Below are positions 1 to 9,755 of a DNA stretch of 64,000 nt, in pieces. The stretch is from Candidatus Bathyarchaeota archaeon (GTDB taxonomy: Archaea > Thermoproteota > Bathyarchaeia > TCS64): NCBI GenBank assembly GCA_043826455.1, contig JBDRQD010000015.1:160001-224000 (forward strand), written 5' to 3'. Position numbers and translations under genes: made by a program. Below the pieces are notes generated by a model that was given only the letters and a program-made list of their open reading frames with translations, did no database searches and was not told the origin of the DNA. How positions within the stretch are numbered: the stretch's first letter is position 1; every line of letters starts with the position of its first letter.

Positions 1-2
1 TG

Positions 3-1163
3 TACGACGAGCAGGTGTTCACGGGCATCTTCGACCTCATGCTGCTTCTATCGGTGACCCTCTTCAGCTTCGGGACGGGCATCAACATCAACACCCAGCA
101 GTTGGTGGGTAGTACCCGGAAGGCCGCGAGCCTAGCCTTCACTAGCTTCGTCGTCGTAACCGTGTCCACGGGGCTGGTGGTCCACTACGCGTTGCCGGAT
201 ATGTTCAGCCTCATGGACGGCCTGATACTGGGGGCCATGATGGGTGCCATGAGCGGCGTCTCCCTGAGCAGCCTGATATCGGCTGTCAAGAGCAGCTACC
301 AGGACATGGGGAACGCCGACGTGCTTCTCCAGTTAGAGTCCACCGTCGGCGACCCTCTCAGGGTGGTTGCCGTCCTCACCCTCATCAAGATGGTGCTCCT
401 CATGGAGGCTGGGCCCAGGACAGCGGCCCGGGACATCCTGTTCCTGCTGCTGTCCAGCGTGGCCATCGGCGTCGTAAGCGGCCTGGGCTGGGGTGAGCTT
501 CTCAGCAGGCTCAGGGACAGGCCCCTAAACTACATGATGACCATGGCCTTCGTGTTCCCCGTTTACGAGCTGGCGGAGTACGTGGGCGGGAGCGGTGGCG
601 CCATCGCGGTCATGGTCATGGGCGTCGTGTTGATGAACTACGGGTACGTCACCAAGCTGCTGAAGCTGAACCGGAAGGCACGGATCGACCGCAGGAAGAT
701 ACAGGAGTACCACAACGAGATCACCTTCCTGGTGAAGTCCATGTTCTTCGTCTACATGGGCATCATCGTGAGGCTCAGCGTTGTCAGCCTGGCCGTGGGC
801 ATCCTGGTGGCGTCCCTCATCGTCCTCACCAGGTACGTCTCGGTGAGCCTGGTGGGTCGGTTCCACAGGCTGACCACCAACGAGGTGGCCTTCACCCGGA
901 TGATATTCATCCAGGGGGCGGGCACCTTGGTGCTGAGCCAGTTCCCAGCCAAGTTCGACCCCCTGCGGCTGAGCTTCACCAACCCGGACATCTTCACGGA
1001 CCTGGCTATCCCCATCGTCATCGTCAGCATCCTGTTCAGCAGCGTGGTGGCACCCATTATTGCTCACCGGCAGCTGCTGCCTAGGAAGAAGCCGGGGGAG
1101 GCCCCAGTGAACGGGGTGAAGGAGAACGGGGAGGAGCCCTCCGCCGTGGAGCCCGTGGAGTAG
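3..1163 (+). CDS. Cation:proton antiporter (CPA1/NhaP-like), 5'-truncated by window edge
   Basis: Frame open from window start; ~11 hydrophobic segments; LESTVGDP motif resembles the CPA1 ES...D motif; EITFLVKSMFFVYMG and TRY motifs. Confidence 0.75.
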   Translation, partial: YDEQVFTGIFDLMLLLSVTLFSFGTGININTQQLVGSTRKAASLAFTSFVVVTVSTGLVVHYALPDMFSLMDGLILGAMMGAMSGVSLSSLISAVKSSYQDMGNADVLLQLESTVGDPLRVVAVLTLIKMVLLMEAGPRTAARDILFLLLSSVAIGVVSGLGWGELLSRLRDRPLNYMMTMAFVFPVYELAEYVGGSGGAIAVMVMGVVLMNYGYVTKLLKLNRKARIDRRKIQEYHNEITFLVKSMFFVYMGIIVRLSVVSLAVGILVASLIVLTRYVSVSLVGRFHRLTTNEVAFTRMIFIQGAGTLVLSQFPAKFDPLRLSFTNPDIFTDLAIPIVIVSILFSSVVAPIIAHRQLLPRKKPGEAPVNGVKENGEEPSAVEPVE

Positions 1164-1168
1164 TGGGT

Positions 1169-3133
1169 TTAGCCGAGGTACTTCTTGAACCAGCGGGCCA
1201 TGTGCTCCAGGCGCTCCTTCCTGTGCTTGGGCTTGCCGCTGCGGCTCAGCTCGTGGCTCTCACCGGGGAACCTGATGAACTCGGTGGGCACCCCCAGCAC
1301 CTTGAGGGCCGTGAACAGCTGCTCGCCCTGCTCCATGGGGCACCTGTAGTCTTCCTCCGAGTGGATGATCATGGTGGGGGTCACCATGTTCTTCACGTAC
1401 CTTATGGGGCTCCTGGCCATGAACTCCTCCTCCATGTCCCACCAGTATCCGCCCAGCTCGGTCTTGCCGAAGGTCCAGCCGATGTCGCTGCACCCGAAGA
1501 AGGTGACCCAGTTGGTGATGCTGCGGAGGGTGATGGCTGCGGCGAACCTGTCCGTGTGGCCGATGATCCAGTTGGTCATGACGCCGCCGTAGCTGCCACC
1601 GGTGACCCCCAGCTTGGAGCCGTCCACCCACTTGTTGCGCTCCATGACCACGTCCACAGCCCTCATCAGGTCGTCGTAGTCCTGCTCAAAGTAGTGGCCC
1701 GGAAGGGCGGCCTGGTACTCCTCATAGTAGCCTCCGCTGCCCCACGGGTTGACGTAGAGGACGGCCCAGCCCTGGGCGGCCAGGTACTGGAACTCGTGCA
1801 CGAAGGCGTCCCCGTAGGCGCCCCTGGGGCCGCCGTGGATGTGCAGTATCAGCGGGTACTTCTTGGATGGGTCGAAGCCGGGGGGCTTCATGAGCCAGCC
1901 CTGCACCGTGTGGCCTGCGCTGCTCTTGAAGGTGAGCTCCTCGTGGGGCATTATCTCCGTCTTCTTCACGTAGTCCTTGTTGAGGTCGGTGACCTGCTTA
2001 GACTTCTCTCCGTCCCAGAGCCAGAGCTCCATGGGTTTGGTGGTGTCCAGCACAGTGTACGCCACCTTTCCGTCGTCGGTGACCGTGAAGGCCTCCACGC
2101 TGTGGTCTCTGCCCCCCAGCACCTTCTCCACGGGGCCGCCGCTCATATGCACTCTGTAGAGGTAGGCGTCGCCGTCCATGGGGCTGTTGAAGTAGAGGTG
2201 CTCGCCGCCCCAGGCCGGAAGGCTGTCGGGGCTGCTCACCCTGATGTCGCTGCTGAGCTTGGCGCCCAGGTCCTGGTCGAAGCCCGATGTGAGGTTCACG
2301 GGCTCCTCCCCCTCGGTGAGGGTCCAGACGTCACTGTTGGTGCCGCTGCCGTTGTGGTAGTCGTGGCCCGAGAAGGCTATGAGCCTCTTCTTGGGGTGGG
2401 GGCTGACGCCGCCGATGCTCATAAGCGTCCTGGTGAGCTGAGCCGGGTCGCCGCCCTTGGCGTCCACCTTGTACAGGTAGCTCCGGCGCACTATGTCCGC
2501 GTCGGGGTCCAGGTTGCTGGCGAACACGATGCTCTTGCCGTCGCTCATCCACTCAGCGTTGGACACGTCATACTCGCCCTTGGTCACCTGCTTCGCCTTG
2601 CCCCCCTTAGCGGGCACCGTGAACAGGTGCTTACGCAGGTTCTCGAAGAAGCCCCTTCCGTTGAACTTGTAGACTAGGCGGTCGATGACCTTGACGTCGC
2701 TGTCGCCCCTGTCCACCCGCTTCACGTTGCTGAGGAAGAGGATGCTCTTGCCGTTGGGGGCCCACCTAGGGCTGTCCACGCCGCTCTCCACGTCCGTCAG
2801 CTGCCGGGCCTCTCCGCCCGAGACGTCGATGACGTAGAGCTGGGTCTTCTTCTTCTCCCCGTTCTTGCCCGGGGGAGGCGTCGAAGTGAAGAGGATGCGG
2901 CTACCGTCGGTGCTCCACAGGGGGTTCTTGTCCTTCCTGCGGCCCGAGGTGTACTGGTAGACCTTGCCGGCGTCCAGCTCGGCCATCCAGAGGTCGCTGA
3001 GGTACTCGTCCTTCTCGAAGTCCAAGACGGTGTGGACGAAGACGGCGCGACCCCCGTCTGGGCTTATCTGGGGGTCCGATACTGCCTGGATGCTGGCCAG
3101 GTCCATGATCTCGACAGGCTTCCTGTCAGTCAT
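1169..3133 (-). CDS. S9 family peptidase (acylaminoacyl/dipeptidyl aminopeptidase), paralog 1
   Basis: SDPQISPDG beta-propeller repeats, IHGGP, GGSYGG nucleophile, EEDYRCP Asp, HELSRSG His. Confidence 0.93.
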   Translation of the reverse strand: MTDRKPVEIMDLASIQAVSDPQISPDGGRAVFVHTVLDFEKDEYLSDLWMAELDAGKVYQYTSGRRKDKNPLWSTDGSRILFTSTPPPGKNGEKKKTQLYVIDVSGGEARQLTDVESGVDSPRWAPNGKSILFLSNVKRVDRGDSDVKVIDRLVYKFNGRGFFENLRKHLFTVPAKGGKAKQVTKGEYDVSNAEWMSDGKSIVFASNLDPDADIVRRSYLYKVDAKGGDPAQLTRTLMSIGGVSPHPKKRLIAFSGHDYHNGSGTNSDVWTLTEGEEPVNLTSGFDQDLGAKLSSDIRVSSPDSLPAWGGEHLYFNSPMDGDAYLYRVHMSGGPVEKVLGGRDHSVEAFTVTDDGKVAYTVLDTTKPMELWLWDGEKSKQVTDLNKDYVKKTEIMPHEELTFKSSAGHTVQGWLMKPPGFDPSKKYPLILHIHGGPRGAYGDAFVHEFQYLAAQGWAVLYVNPWGSGGYYEEYQAALPGHYFEQDYDDLMRAVDVVMERNKWVDGSKLGVTGGSYGGVMTNWIIGHTDRFAAAITLRSITNWVTFFGCSDIGWTFGKTELGGYWWDMEEEFMARSPIRYVKNMVTPTMIIHSEEDYRCPMEQGEQLFTALKVLGVPTEFIRFPGESHELSRSGKPKHRKERLEHMARWFKKYLG

Positions 3134-3255
3134 AACACATCAAAATAGATTCACTGTTCAATGATAAAAATGCAGCTAAGTCGCCCTGGCCCGCCGCACC
3201 TTCTCTCTTCATACCCTTTGTAGATCTTTGAGCCACCATATATTATTCAGGGGAG

Positions 3256-4164
3256 ATGCCTGTATACTTGATGGGTTTGAGCCGAGGCAGAGAATTCTTC
3301 CTAGACCGCTACAGGATGCTTGGCCAGGGCTTGACGGGAGACGAGTCAACCCCTCAGGCCATTAGAGTGAACTCCCTAAAGATCAGGGACGCGGAGCTCC
3401 TGGAGGTCATGTCCTCCATCGGCGTCGAACTGGAGAAGCTGCCTTTCCTTGACCACGGCTACAGGGTTATCCGCACCGAGTTCAGCCTTGGCTCCACCAT
3501 CGAGTACCTTCTGGGCCTCTACAGCCTACAGGAGGCTGCAAGCCAGCTGCCTGTCCAGGTACTGTGGCCGGAGCCGGGCGACGTTGCTCTCGACATGTGC
3601 TCGGCTCCAGGCGGAAAAACAACCCAGATGGCCGCCTTCATGGGGAACAGGGGGAGACTCTACGCTGTGGACTCCAGCAGGGAAAGGCTCTACGCGGTGG
3701 AGAACAGTCTTGAGAGGTGTGGCGTCACCAACTGCCTCGTATACCATGGAGACGCCGCGGAGATCGAGCTGGGGCTCATTTTCCAAAAAATACTCTTGGA
3801 CGCGCCGTGCAGCGGCAACTACGTCACAGACTCCCTTTGGTTCAGCAGGAGGACTCTGAAAGACGTGGAGATCAACGCCGAGCATCAGAGGAGCCTCATG
3901 TCAAGGGCGCTGGAGCTATTGGAGCCTGGAGGCTGGCTCCTGTACAGCACATGCAGCTTGGAGCCCGAGGAGAACGAGCTCAACGTCCAGTGGCTCCTGG
4001 AGAACCACGCCGTGGAGCTGAGCCCCGTGGACGGCCCTGGCCACCCGGGGCTAACAGACGTCTTCGGCGTCGAGCTGGACCCGTCTCTGTCAAGGTGTAA
4101 GCGGTTATGGCCCGACGACGCCGGGACCCAGGGCTTCTTCGTGGCGAAGGTGGTGAAACGGTGA
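3256..4164 (+). CDS. RsmB/NOP2 family RNA m5C methyltransferase
   Basis: DMCSAPGGKT, LLDAPCSG and YSTCSLEPEENE motifs; start may be ATG 3271. Confidence 0.92.
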   Translation: MPVYLMGLSRGREFFLDRYRMLGQGLTGDESTPQAIRVNSLKIRDAELLEVMSSIGVELEKLPFLDHGYRVIRTEFSLGSTIEYLLGLYSLQEAASQLPVQVLWPEPGDVALDMCSAPGGKTTQMAAFMGNRGRLYAVDSSRERLYAVENSLERCGVTNCLVYHGDAAEIELGLIFQKILLDAPCSGNYVTDSLWFSRRTLKDVEINAEHQRSLMSRALELLEPGGWLLYSTCSLEPEENELNVQWLLENHAVELSPVDGPGHPGLTDVFGVELDPSLSRCKRLWPDDAGTQGFFVAKVVKR

Positions 4165-4619
4165 GGCTGCTCAGGAGACTACTCAAGGAGCTGAACTCAG
4201 GCTACAAAGCAGATGAGTCAAGTGTCATCAGGATCAATGACCAGTACTTCACCTTAGACGCGGAGTTCTGTGAGCCGCCGGCGAGAAAAGACCTAGTCTA
4301 TGCTGGCCTGTACCTTGGACGGGATAAGAGGATATTTGAGCCCAGCGCCAAACTTCTGGATTTGCTCTCCAAGGAGAAAGAGACCAGAAAGGTAACAGTG
4401 GACAGGGAAACAGCGTGGCTCTTCGTGTGCGGTAGGGACATCTTTCAAGAGAACATCCTCCGCGTGGAAGGTGAGCTTAGTCCTGGCTCATACTGCCTTG
4501 TGATCTTTGACGGGTGGTGCCTTGGTTATGGGCGGTATGAAACAGTCTGGAGTAGCAGGATGATTAGAAACTACTTTAACATCGGCGATTTTTTACACCG
4601 CGAAGCCTCAACACCATGA
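4161..4619 (+). CDS. NIP7/PUA-like ribosome biogenesis protein
   Basis: GTG at 4161 overlaps the upstream TGA; AWLFVCGRDIF and CLGYG segments typical of NIP7/PUA domains; coupled to the NOP2 gene. Confidence 0.65.
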   Translation: MRLLRRLLKELNSGYKADESSVIRINDQYFTLDAEFCEPPARKDLVYAGLYLGRDKRIFEPSAKLLDLLSKEKETRKVTVDRETAWLFVCGRDIFQENILRVEGELSPGSYCLVIFDGWCLGYGRYETVWSSRMIRNYFNIGDFLHREASTP

Positions 4620-4744
4620 CTCTAAGTCAAATGGATCATCTAATCAGCATCAATATGCAGGGTCTGGCATAATGTTATACAGATTATAGAAACCCGTACC
4701 TACCTCTACATTGAAATTATCATTTTTTAAAAAAGGGTTGGAGA

Positions 4745-4963
4745 TTATTTTTTTGTTTTCTTGGGCTTCTCGCTCTTCTTGTGGGTTTTTCCGCAGGCCT
4801 TGCACCAGTACTCCCACTCAAAAACAGGTCCTCTTGCTTGGTCGACAGGGTCCATGCTCGCTCCTATGGATACCAGTACAGCTTCTCCTCCGCACTCGCA
4901 TGGTTCCCTTTTTTTCATCCCAAGTGCATCTTTCATAGCTTCCTTCACTTTTTCGAGTGCCAT
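4745..4963 (-). CDS. Small Zn-ribbon-like protein
   Basis: CECGG...WCKACG, Lys-rich tail; ATG start next to an AT-rich promoter region. Confidence 0.6.
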   Translation of the reverse strand: MALEKVKEAMKDALGMKKREPCECGGEAVLVSIGASMDPVDQARGPVFEWEYWCKACGKTHKKSEKPKKTKK

Positions 4964-5123
4964 ATGTCTACACCATTTTATTATTACCGTCTCCTGTAGA
5001 TAAATGCTATTTCAATTATTTATAGTTAATTTAATTTTATTAAAATTTAAAATAGCTAGTATCTTAATAATGTAACTTATCTTATATACATCTTATCATA
5101 ATAACTATCTTTCGGAGAACTAT

Positions 5124-5918
5124 ATGTCTTCAGTGATAGTTCCCGGTACAAGTTTAAGCGCAGTGGTTTTACTAGTAATCGCAGCCGCTTCCTACTACTA
5201 CTTCGAGAAAATTAAGGACCCAACATATCAACCAACGCTCAGGGACATCCCTGCTATAACCGCCATCAAGGAGGGCGTCGGGAAAAGCTTGGAGGAGGAT
5301 AAACCCGTCCACTACCAGATGGGCGCCAGTGGAGGACAGTTGTACAGTACACTTGTCTCGATGACCCTGGTCGCTTTGACGTTCCTGCGGTACATCAGCC
5401 GTCTATGCGCGGAGATGGGGGCGAGGCTCATTGTCCACATGCCCTACCAGGCCGAGAGCATCCCTCTGATCGAGGGTACGACTCTTGAAGGCTACAAGGA
5501 GGCTGGTAAACCTGAGGAGTTCAAGAGAGAGAATCTACGCTACTATGGACGTGGCGCACTCACGTGGACTCAAGGTGTTACAAAAAGCTTTTCTCAGGAA
5601 GGTGTGGGTCTCAATCTCGCCATAGGCATCTTTTACAGTGACTGCCCAATAAGTCTGGAGATGGCTAAGTACATGGGCGGGCTTAACGTCGGCGGCACAG
5701 GTCGCTGGATCATGGTATACGCTTTTGCCATGATGTGCGACTATGTCTTCTTGGGAGAAGAGATCTACGCAGCCGCAGCCGTTGTGAGCCAGGACAAGAT
5801 GATGCTGGTCGGAATGCTGATAGAAGAGGTCGGGAAGTTCTTCGTCTTCCTGCTACTAGGGTTAGGGTTAATCCTCTCTCTGGTGGGCATGGACATAGTG
5901 TCATTGTTATCGATGTGA
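5124..5918 (+). CDS. DUF6754-like membrane protein (gene 1 of four-gene membrane cassette)
   Basis: N-terminal TM, LRDIPAITAIKEGVGKSLEEDKPVH, DYVFLGEEIYAAAAVVS, C-terminal TM; resembles DUF6754 (recognised from memory). Confidence 0.65.
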   Translation: MSSVIVPGTSLSAVVLLVIAAASYYYFEKIKDPTYQPTLRDIPAITAIKEGVGKSLEEDKPVHYQMGASGGQLYSTLVSMTLVALTFLRYISRLCAEMGARLIVHMPYQAESIPLIEGTTLEGYKEAGKPEEFKRENLRYYGRGALTWTQGVTKSFSQEGVGLNLAIGIFYSDCPISLEMAKYMGGLNVGGTGRWIMVYAFAMMCDYVFLGEEIYAAAAVVSQDKMMLVGMLIEEVGKFFVFLLLGLGLILSLVGMDIVSLLSM

Positions 5919-6568
5919 TGAATATGTCTGCAACATGGAGAACCTTAATACCAACCCTGTTAGTGTCCGTGACAGCAATCCTAGTATTGGTGCCCTTCTT
6001 CCTCAACATCCCATTTCTGAATGACTTTAAGAGCACACTCAGCAGCTGGACCGTTATCATCAGCGCAGTCACCGGTGCCGCTCTTGGGGTAGTCTACATG
6101 ACTCACGCCATCTACGCCAGCTACCAGAGAAATAAGGATACCGAGCAGCTGATAATGGGTGTAACCACCTATGTTTTCATAGCACTTCACATAGGTCTTG
6201 CTCTGACTCAGCCTGGTGGCGTCAACAGCTCCGCGTACCAGTGGTGGTACACGGTGGTGTACCAGAACGTGGGCGCAACGATCTACGCCTTCATGTTCTT
6301 CACCCTCGCAAGCAGCGCATACAGAACAATGATTCTGAACAGCGTCGAGGCAACATCCCTAGCGATAGGTGGACTAATATACACTTTGAGACAGATACCC
6401 CTCTTCCAGACCTGGCTCCCGTGGATAGTTCCACTCGGTGAGTGGATACTTCTAGTCCCCAACGTAGCCGGAAGCCGTGGCGCCGTAATCGCGGCCGCCC
6501 TGGCAGCAACGGTGTACGGAGTCAGAACCATCTGGGGCAAGGAGATTAGCCTCAGGGAGGTGTCCTAA
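5918..6568 (+). CDS. Conserved hypothetical polytopic membrane protein (cassette gene 2)
   Basis: ATG overlaps upstream stop (TGATG); ~6 TM; ASSAYR, WILLVPNVAGSRG, GVRTIWGKE motifs. Confidence 0.75.
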   Translation: MNMSATWRTLIPTLLVSVTAILVLVPFFLNIPFLNDFKSTLSSWTVIISAVTGAALGVVYMTHAIYASYQRNKDTEQLIMGVTTYVFIALHIGLALTQPGGVNSSAYQWWYTVVYQNVGATIYAFMFFTLASSAYRTMILNSVEATSLAIGGLIYTLRQIPLFQTWLPWIVPLGEWILLVPNVAGSRGAVIAAALAATVYGVRTIWGKEISLREVS

Positions 6569-6569
6569 C

Positions 6570-7424
6570 ATGAGTGACAGACCCGCAGGCAAAGACGAGA
6601 GCATCATCGTAAAGCTAGGCACATTACCGCCCAACCTATACTTCTGGGTCCACCTCGCAGGCATCATACTGATGTTCATCCCGTTAATCTATCCCCTCGG
6701 TCTACCTGTTCAAACCAGCCAGCCAGTAATAGACTACGTTAATACCCTTGACGCTCTACCAGAGGGCAGCGTCGTGGCCGTTAGCTTCGGCGCAAGCGCC
6801 TCTCTCCTCGACGAACAGGAGGCACAGTTCCTGGCGACGTGGAAGATACTCTTCAGCAACAAACTGAAGGTAATATTCTATAGCACGACAGAGGACGCCA
6901 ATATCATCCTCGACCGTGAGCTAGGAGTGGTTAAGCCAAGTAGCTACGGCTACACCTATGGAGTTGACTATGTACTGCTGGGCTACAGCCCCCTAGGTGA
7001 AGCAGGTGAAGCAGCGTTTGTCCAGAACATCCGCAGCCTGTACCCAGTTGACTACTACGGTACCCCGTTGAACAATATACCTTTGATGAAGGACATAAAC
7101 GACGCGAGTGGAATAGATCTAGTAATCTTCGAGTACACAGCATGTACGAGCGTCGAGTGGGTGATCCGTCAGTGGGTCGTGCCCTTCAACAAGCCTGCAT
7201 TAGGAACGACTCTTGGCTGCTGTGGACCTATGGCTGCGCCCTATTACCCTAGCCAGCTCAAGGGCTTCCTGAGTGGAAGTGGAGCCGGGACCGAGATCGA
7301 GGTCGTGTCCGGTTTCCCTGGCCCAGGGGCAGCTATGAGTGACAGCAAGAGCTTAGGCATACTACCGTGGCTGTTAAGCATGGTTTTCGCGAACCTTGCT
7401 TGGTTCCTTAGGAGGTCGAAGTAG
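6570..7424 (+). CDS. Conserved hypothetical membrane-anchored protein with soluble alpha/beta domain (cassette gene 3)
   Basis: Starts 1 nt after upstream stop, preceded by GGAGGTG; TM at both ends; YGVDYVLLGY and PVDYYGTPL motifs. Confidence 0.75.
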   Translation: MSDRPAGKDESIIVKLGTLPPNLYFWVHLAGIILMFIPLIYPLGLPVQTSQPVIDYVNTLDALPEGSVVAVSFGASASLLDEQEAQFLATWKILFSNKLKVIFYSTTEDANIILDRELGVVKPSSYGYTYGVDYVLLGYSPLGEAGEAAFVQNIRSLYPVDYYGTPLNNIPLMKDINDASGIDLVIFEYTACTSVEWVIRQWVVPFNKPALGTTLGCCGPMAAPYYPSQLKGFLSGSGAGTEIEVVSGFPGPGAAMSDSKSLGILPWLLSMVFANLAWFLRRSK

Positions 7425-7425
7425 C

Positions 7426-8052
7426 ATGGCTGATCTATTAATGGGACTCGTGGGCACCTTCTTCATAGTCGCAACTCTATCCGTTCTGTGGAAAGACAAC
7501 ATTGTATTCCGCTTCGGACAGGCAGCCGTTATGGGCGCTGCCACCGCTCACTACATGATTATGAGCGCGACGAGCATCCAGAGCATGGTCCTGTCGCAGA
7601 TGCAACTGATACCGATAATTGGCCTAATACTGGGTTTGCTGATGTACACGAGGCTATTTAGCAAGATCGCGTGGGTCAGCAAGTACCCGAGCAGCATCCT
7701 GGTCGGCGTAGGCATAGGCGTTATGCTGGCTGGGACGATTAAAGGCCAGATACTTCAGCAGGTAGGTATGACACTCGGCGACATCCAGACCGCGTTGTTC
7801 ACCACAGGCGACTCCGTAGCCATACTGAACAGCATACTGATCTTCATAGGCGTGGTAACCAGTCTAACCTACTTCCTCTTCACGATAGAGCACAAGGGGA
7901 CGGTGGGCATCCTCGCGAAGGTTGGACGCGTATTCCTGATGATATCATTGGGAGCCAACTTCTCAGGGGAGCTCGTCTGGTACCAGACGCAGATGATCGG
8001 TAGGCTAATGTTCATAATACAGAACCTTTTAGCGCCTCTAGGATTAGCTTAA
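7426..8052 (+). CDS. Conserved hypothetical polytopic membrane protein (cassette gene 4)
   Basis: GGAGGT RBS, ATG 1 nt after upstream stop; LWKDN, YFLFTIEHKG, FLMISLGANF, IGRL motifs; ~6 TM. Confidence 0.75.
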   Translation: MADLLMGLVGTFFIVATLSVLWKDNIVFRFGQAAVMGAATAHYMIMSATSIQSMVLSQMQLIPIIGLILGLLMYTRLFSKIAWVSKYPSSILVGVGIGVMLAGTIKGQILQQVGMTLGDIQTALFTTGDSVAILNSILIFIGVVTSLTYFLFTIEHKGTVGILAKVGRVFLMISLGANFSGELVWYQTQMIGRLMFIIQNLLAPLGLA

Positions 8053-8062
8053 ACTAACAGAT

Positions 8063-8075
8063 CCTTCCTTTTTTT
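8063..8075 (+). terminator. Oligo-T archaeal terminator after four-gene cassette
   Basis: CCTTCCTTTTTTT ~10-20 nt after the stop at 8052. Confidence 0.5.
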
Positions 8076-8127
8076 ATCCAAACTAGATCATAATATATGT
8101 TACCTGTATATGATCTCATTTTGATTC

Positions 8128-9465
8128 ATGATGAGTACAAATCTTTGGAAAAGGAAATCAGCTCAAGTATCCGAGATCCCTGGAACAAAGGTCAAAGAAG
8201 CATTAGTCAAAGCCGGGCTCCCCCTGGACTCAGTGTACCCCCTAGCTGAGAGGGCTGAGGGCGTTTGGATCCAGGACATAGACGGCAACGTCTTCATGGA
8301 CTTCATCAGCGGCAGATGCACAGTGAACTGTGGTCACAACCACCCACGCCTACTGAAGGCGGTTCAGGAGCAGGTCGGGAAGGTGACTCATGGTCTCACA
8401 CCTAACAGGCTTCAACTCCTTGAGTCGTTGAAAAAAGTATCACCCTTCAAAGGCGAGGAACAGGCAATGACGTTGGCCCTCAGCGGTAGCGCGGCCAACG
8501 ACGCGGCCATGAAGCTCGCCCGAAGCTACACCCGCAGACAGAACTTCATCGCCTTCGCGGGCGCCTACCATGGCACCACGTTCGGCGCCATGGCTCTCAG
8601 CAGCTACGTGACGAGGATGAGGGAGCAGTTCTACCCCATGGTGCCAGGCGTGTGCCACATGCCCTTTCCGCACTGCTTCAGGTGCCCGTTCGGCCACAAA
8701 TCCAATGAGGAGTGTGGCATGGCGTGCCTCGACTACATTACAAAGTATGCGGCGAAGACTTACTGTCCACCGAGCGAGGTCGCGGCCGTGATCATGGAGC
8801 CCATCGCAGGCGACGCAGGGTGGCTGGTGCCCCCGAAGGAGTTCGTCGTAGGGATCAGAAAATGGTGCAGTGAAAACGATATCCTGTACATAAGCGAGGA
8901 GGTGCAGGCAGGCTACGGCAGAGCCGGCGAGTGGTGGGGCGTAAACCTCTGGGGCGTGGAGCCCGACGCCATAATCCTGGGCAAGGCCATGGCGGGCGGG
9001 ATGGCCCCCATGAGCGGCGTCCTCTACAAGAGTGAGCTGGGTAAGAACGGCTTCTACCACGGCCACACCATGGGGGGCCACCCGGTGGGCTGCGCAGCTT
9101 CAATAGCCAACATAGGCGTGATCCGGGACGAGCGCCTTTGCGAGGCCTCCAAGAAAATGGGTAAACACCTGATGAGCCGCCTCAACAAGATGAAGGACGA
9201 CTACGAGCCCATCATCGATGTCAGAGGCAGGGGCCTCCTGATAGGCGTCGAGATCGGAGGCGTACACGGCCGTACCAGTAAGGAGATGGCCGGCGAGATA
9301 TGCAAGAGCGCTTTCAGGAAAGGGCTGTACATAATAGAGATGGGGAGCTGGGACACGGGTGTCCTGAGGGTGGCGCCTCCTCTGGTGATCACGGGTGAGC
9401 AGGCGGACTGGGCGCTGAACACCTTGGAAGAAGCCGTCCGCGAGACCTTGAGGAAGTATAAATGA
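8128..9465 (+). CDS. Class III PLP-dependent aminotransferase-family enzyme (possibly amino-acid racemase/epimerase subtype)
   Basis: DIDGNVFMDFISG, SGSAAND, YHGTT, EPIAGDAG, EEVQAGYGR, LGKAMAGG (PLP Lys), DVRGRGLLIG. Confidence 0.88.
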   Translation: MMSTNLWKRKSAQVSEIPGTKVKEALVKAGLPLDSVYPLAERAEGVWIQDIDGNVFMDFISGRCTVNCGHNHPRLLKAVQEQVGKVTHGLTPNRLQLLESLKKVSPFKGEEQAMTLALSGSAANDAAMKLARSYTRRQNFIAFAGAYHGTTFGAMALSSYVTRMREQFYPMVPGVCHMPFPHCFRCPFGHKSNEECGMACLDYITKYAAKTYCPPSEVAAVIMEPIAGDAGWLVPPKEFVVGIRKWCSENDILYISEEVQAGYGRAGEWWGVNLWGVEPDAIILGKAMAGGMAPMSGVLYKSELGKNGFYHGHTMGGHPVGCAASIANIGVIRDERLCEASKKMGKHLMSRLNKMKDDYEPIIDVRGRGLLIGVEIGGVHGRTSKEMAGEICKSAFRKGLYIIEMGSWDTGVLRVAPPLVITGEQADWALNTLEEAVRETLRKYK

Positions 9466-9755
9466 AGCTGTTCGACTGGTGGGGTAAGATCGTCACAGAG
9501 GAAGAGGAGACGCAGATGCTCCACCGGATCGAGGCGAAGATAAAGACGTATGGAGGCGAGACAGCGGCGCTCCTGGCCATCAGGGCCTTCAAGTACGTCA
9601 GCTACATAGGAGTGATGATGGGCCGGGTCTTTCTGGGCCCGCTGACTCCCATAATCACCCACGAGCACGACATTTTCCTCACCACCATCGGCAGGCGCGA
9701 AAACCTTGAATTACTGGAGGAGGCCCTCGATGAGTCAAGACGCGCCAAAACCTAG
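9462..9755 (+). CDS. Hypothetical protein
   Basis: ATGA overlap with the upstream stop; plausible composition. Confidence 0.6.
   Translation: MKLFDWWGKIVTEEEETQMLHRIEAKIKTYGGETAALLAIRAFKYVSYIGVMMGRVFLGPLTPIITHEHDIFLTTIGRRENLELLEEALDESRRAKT

Noticed and set aside
5735..5917. N-terminal extensions given by the ORF track (5735, 4107, 7396, 20038, 34215, 40284, 61856)
   Set aside because: They overlap upstream genes or promoters; downstream starts with stop/start coupling, RBS or paralog alignment are better supported.
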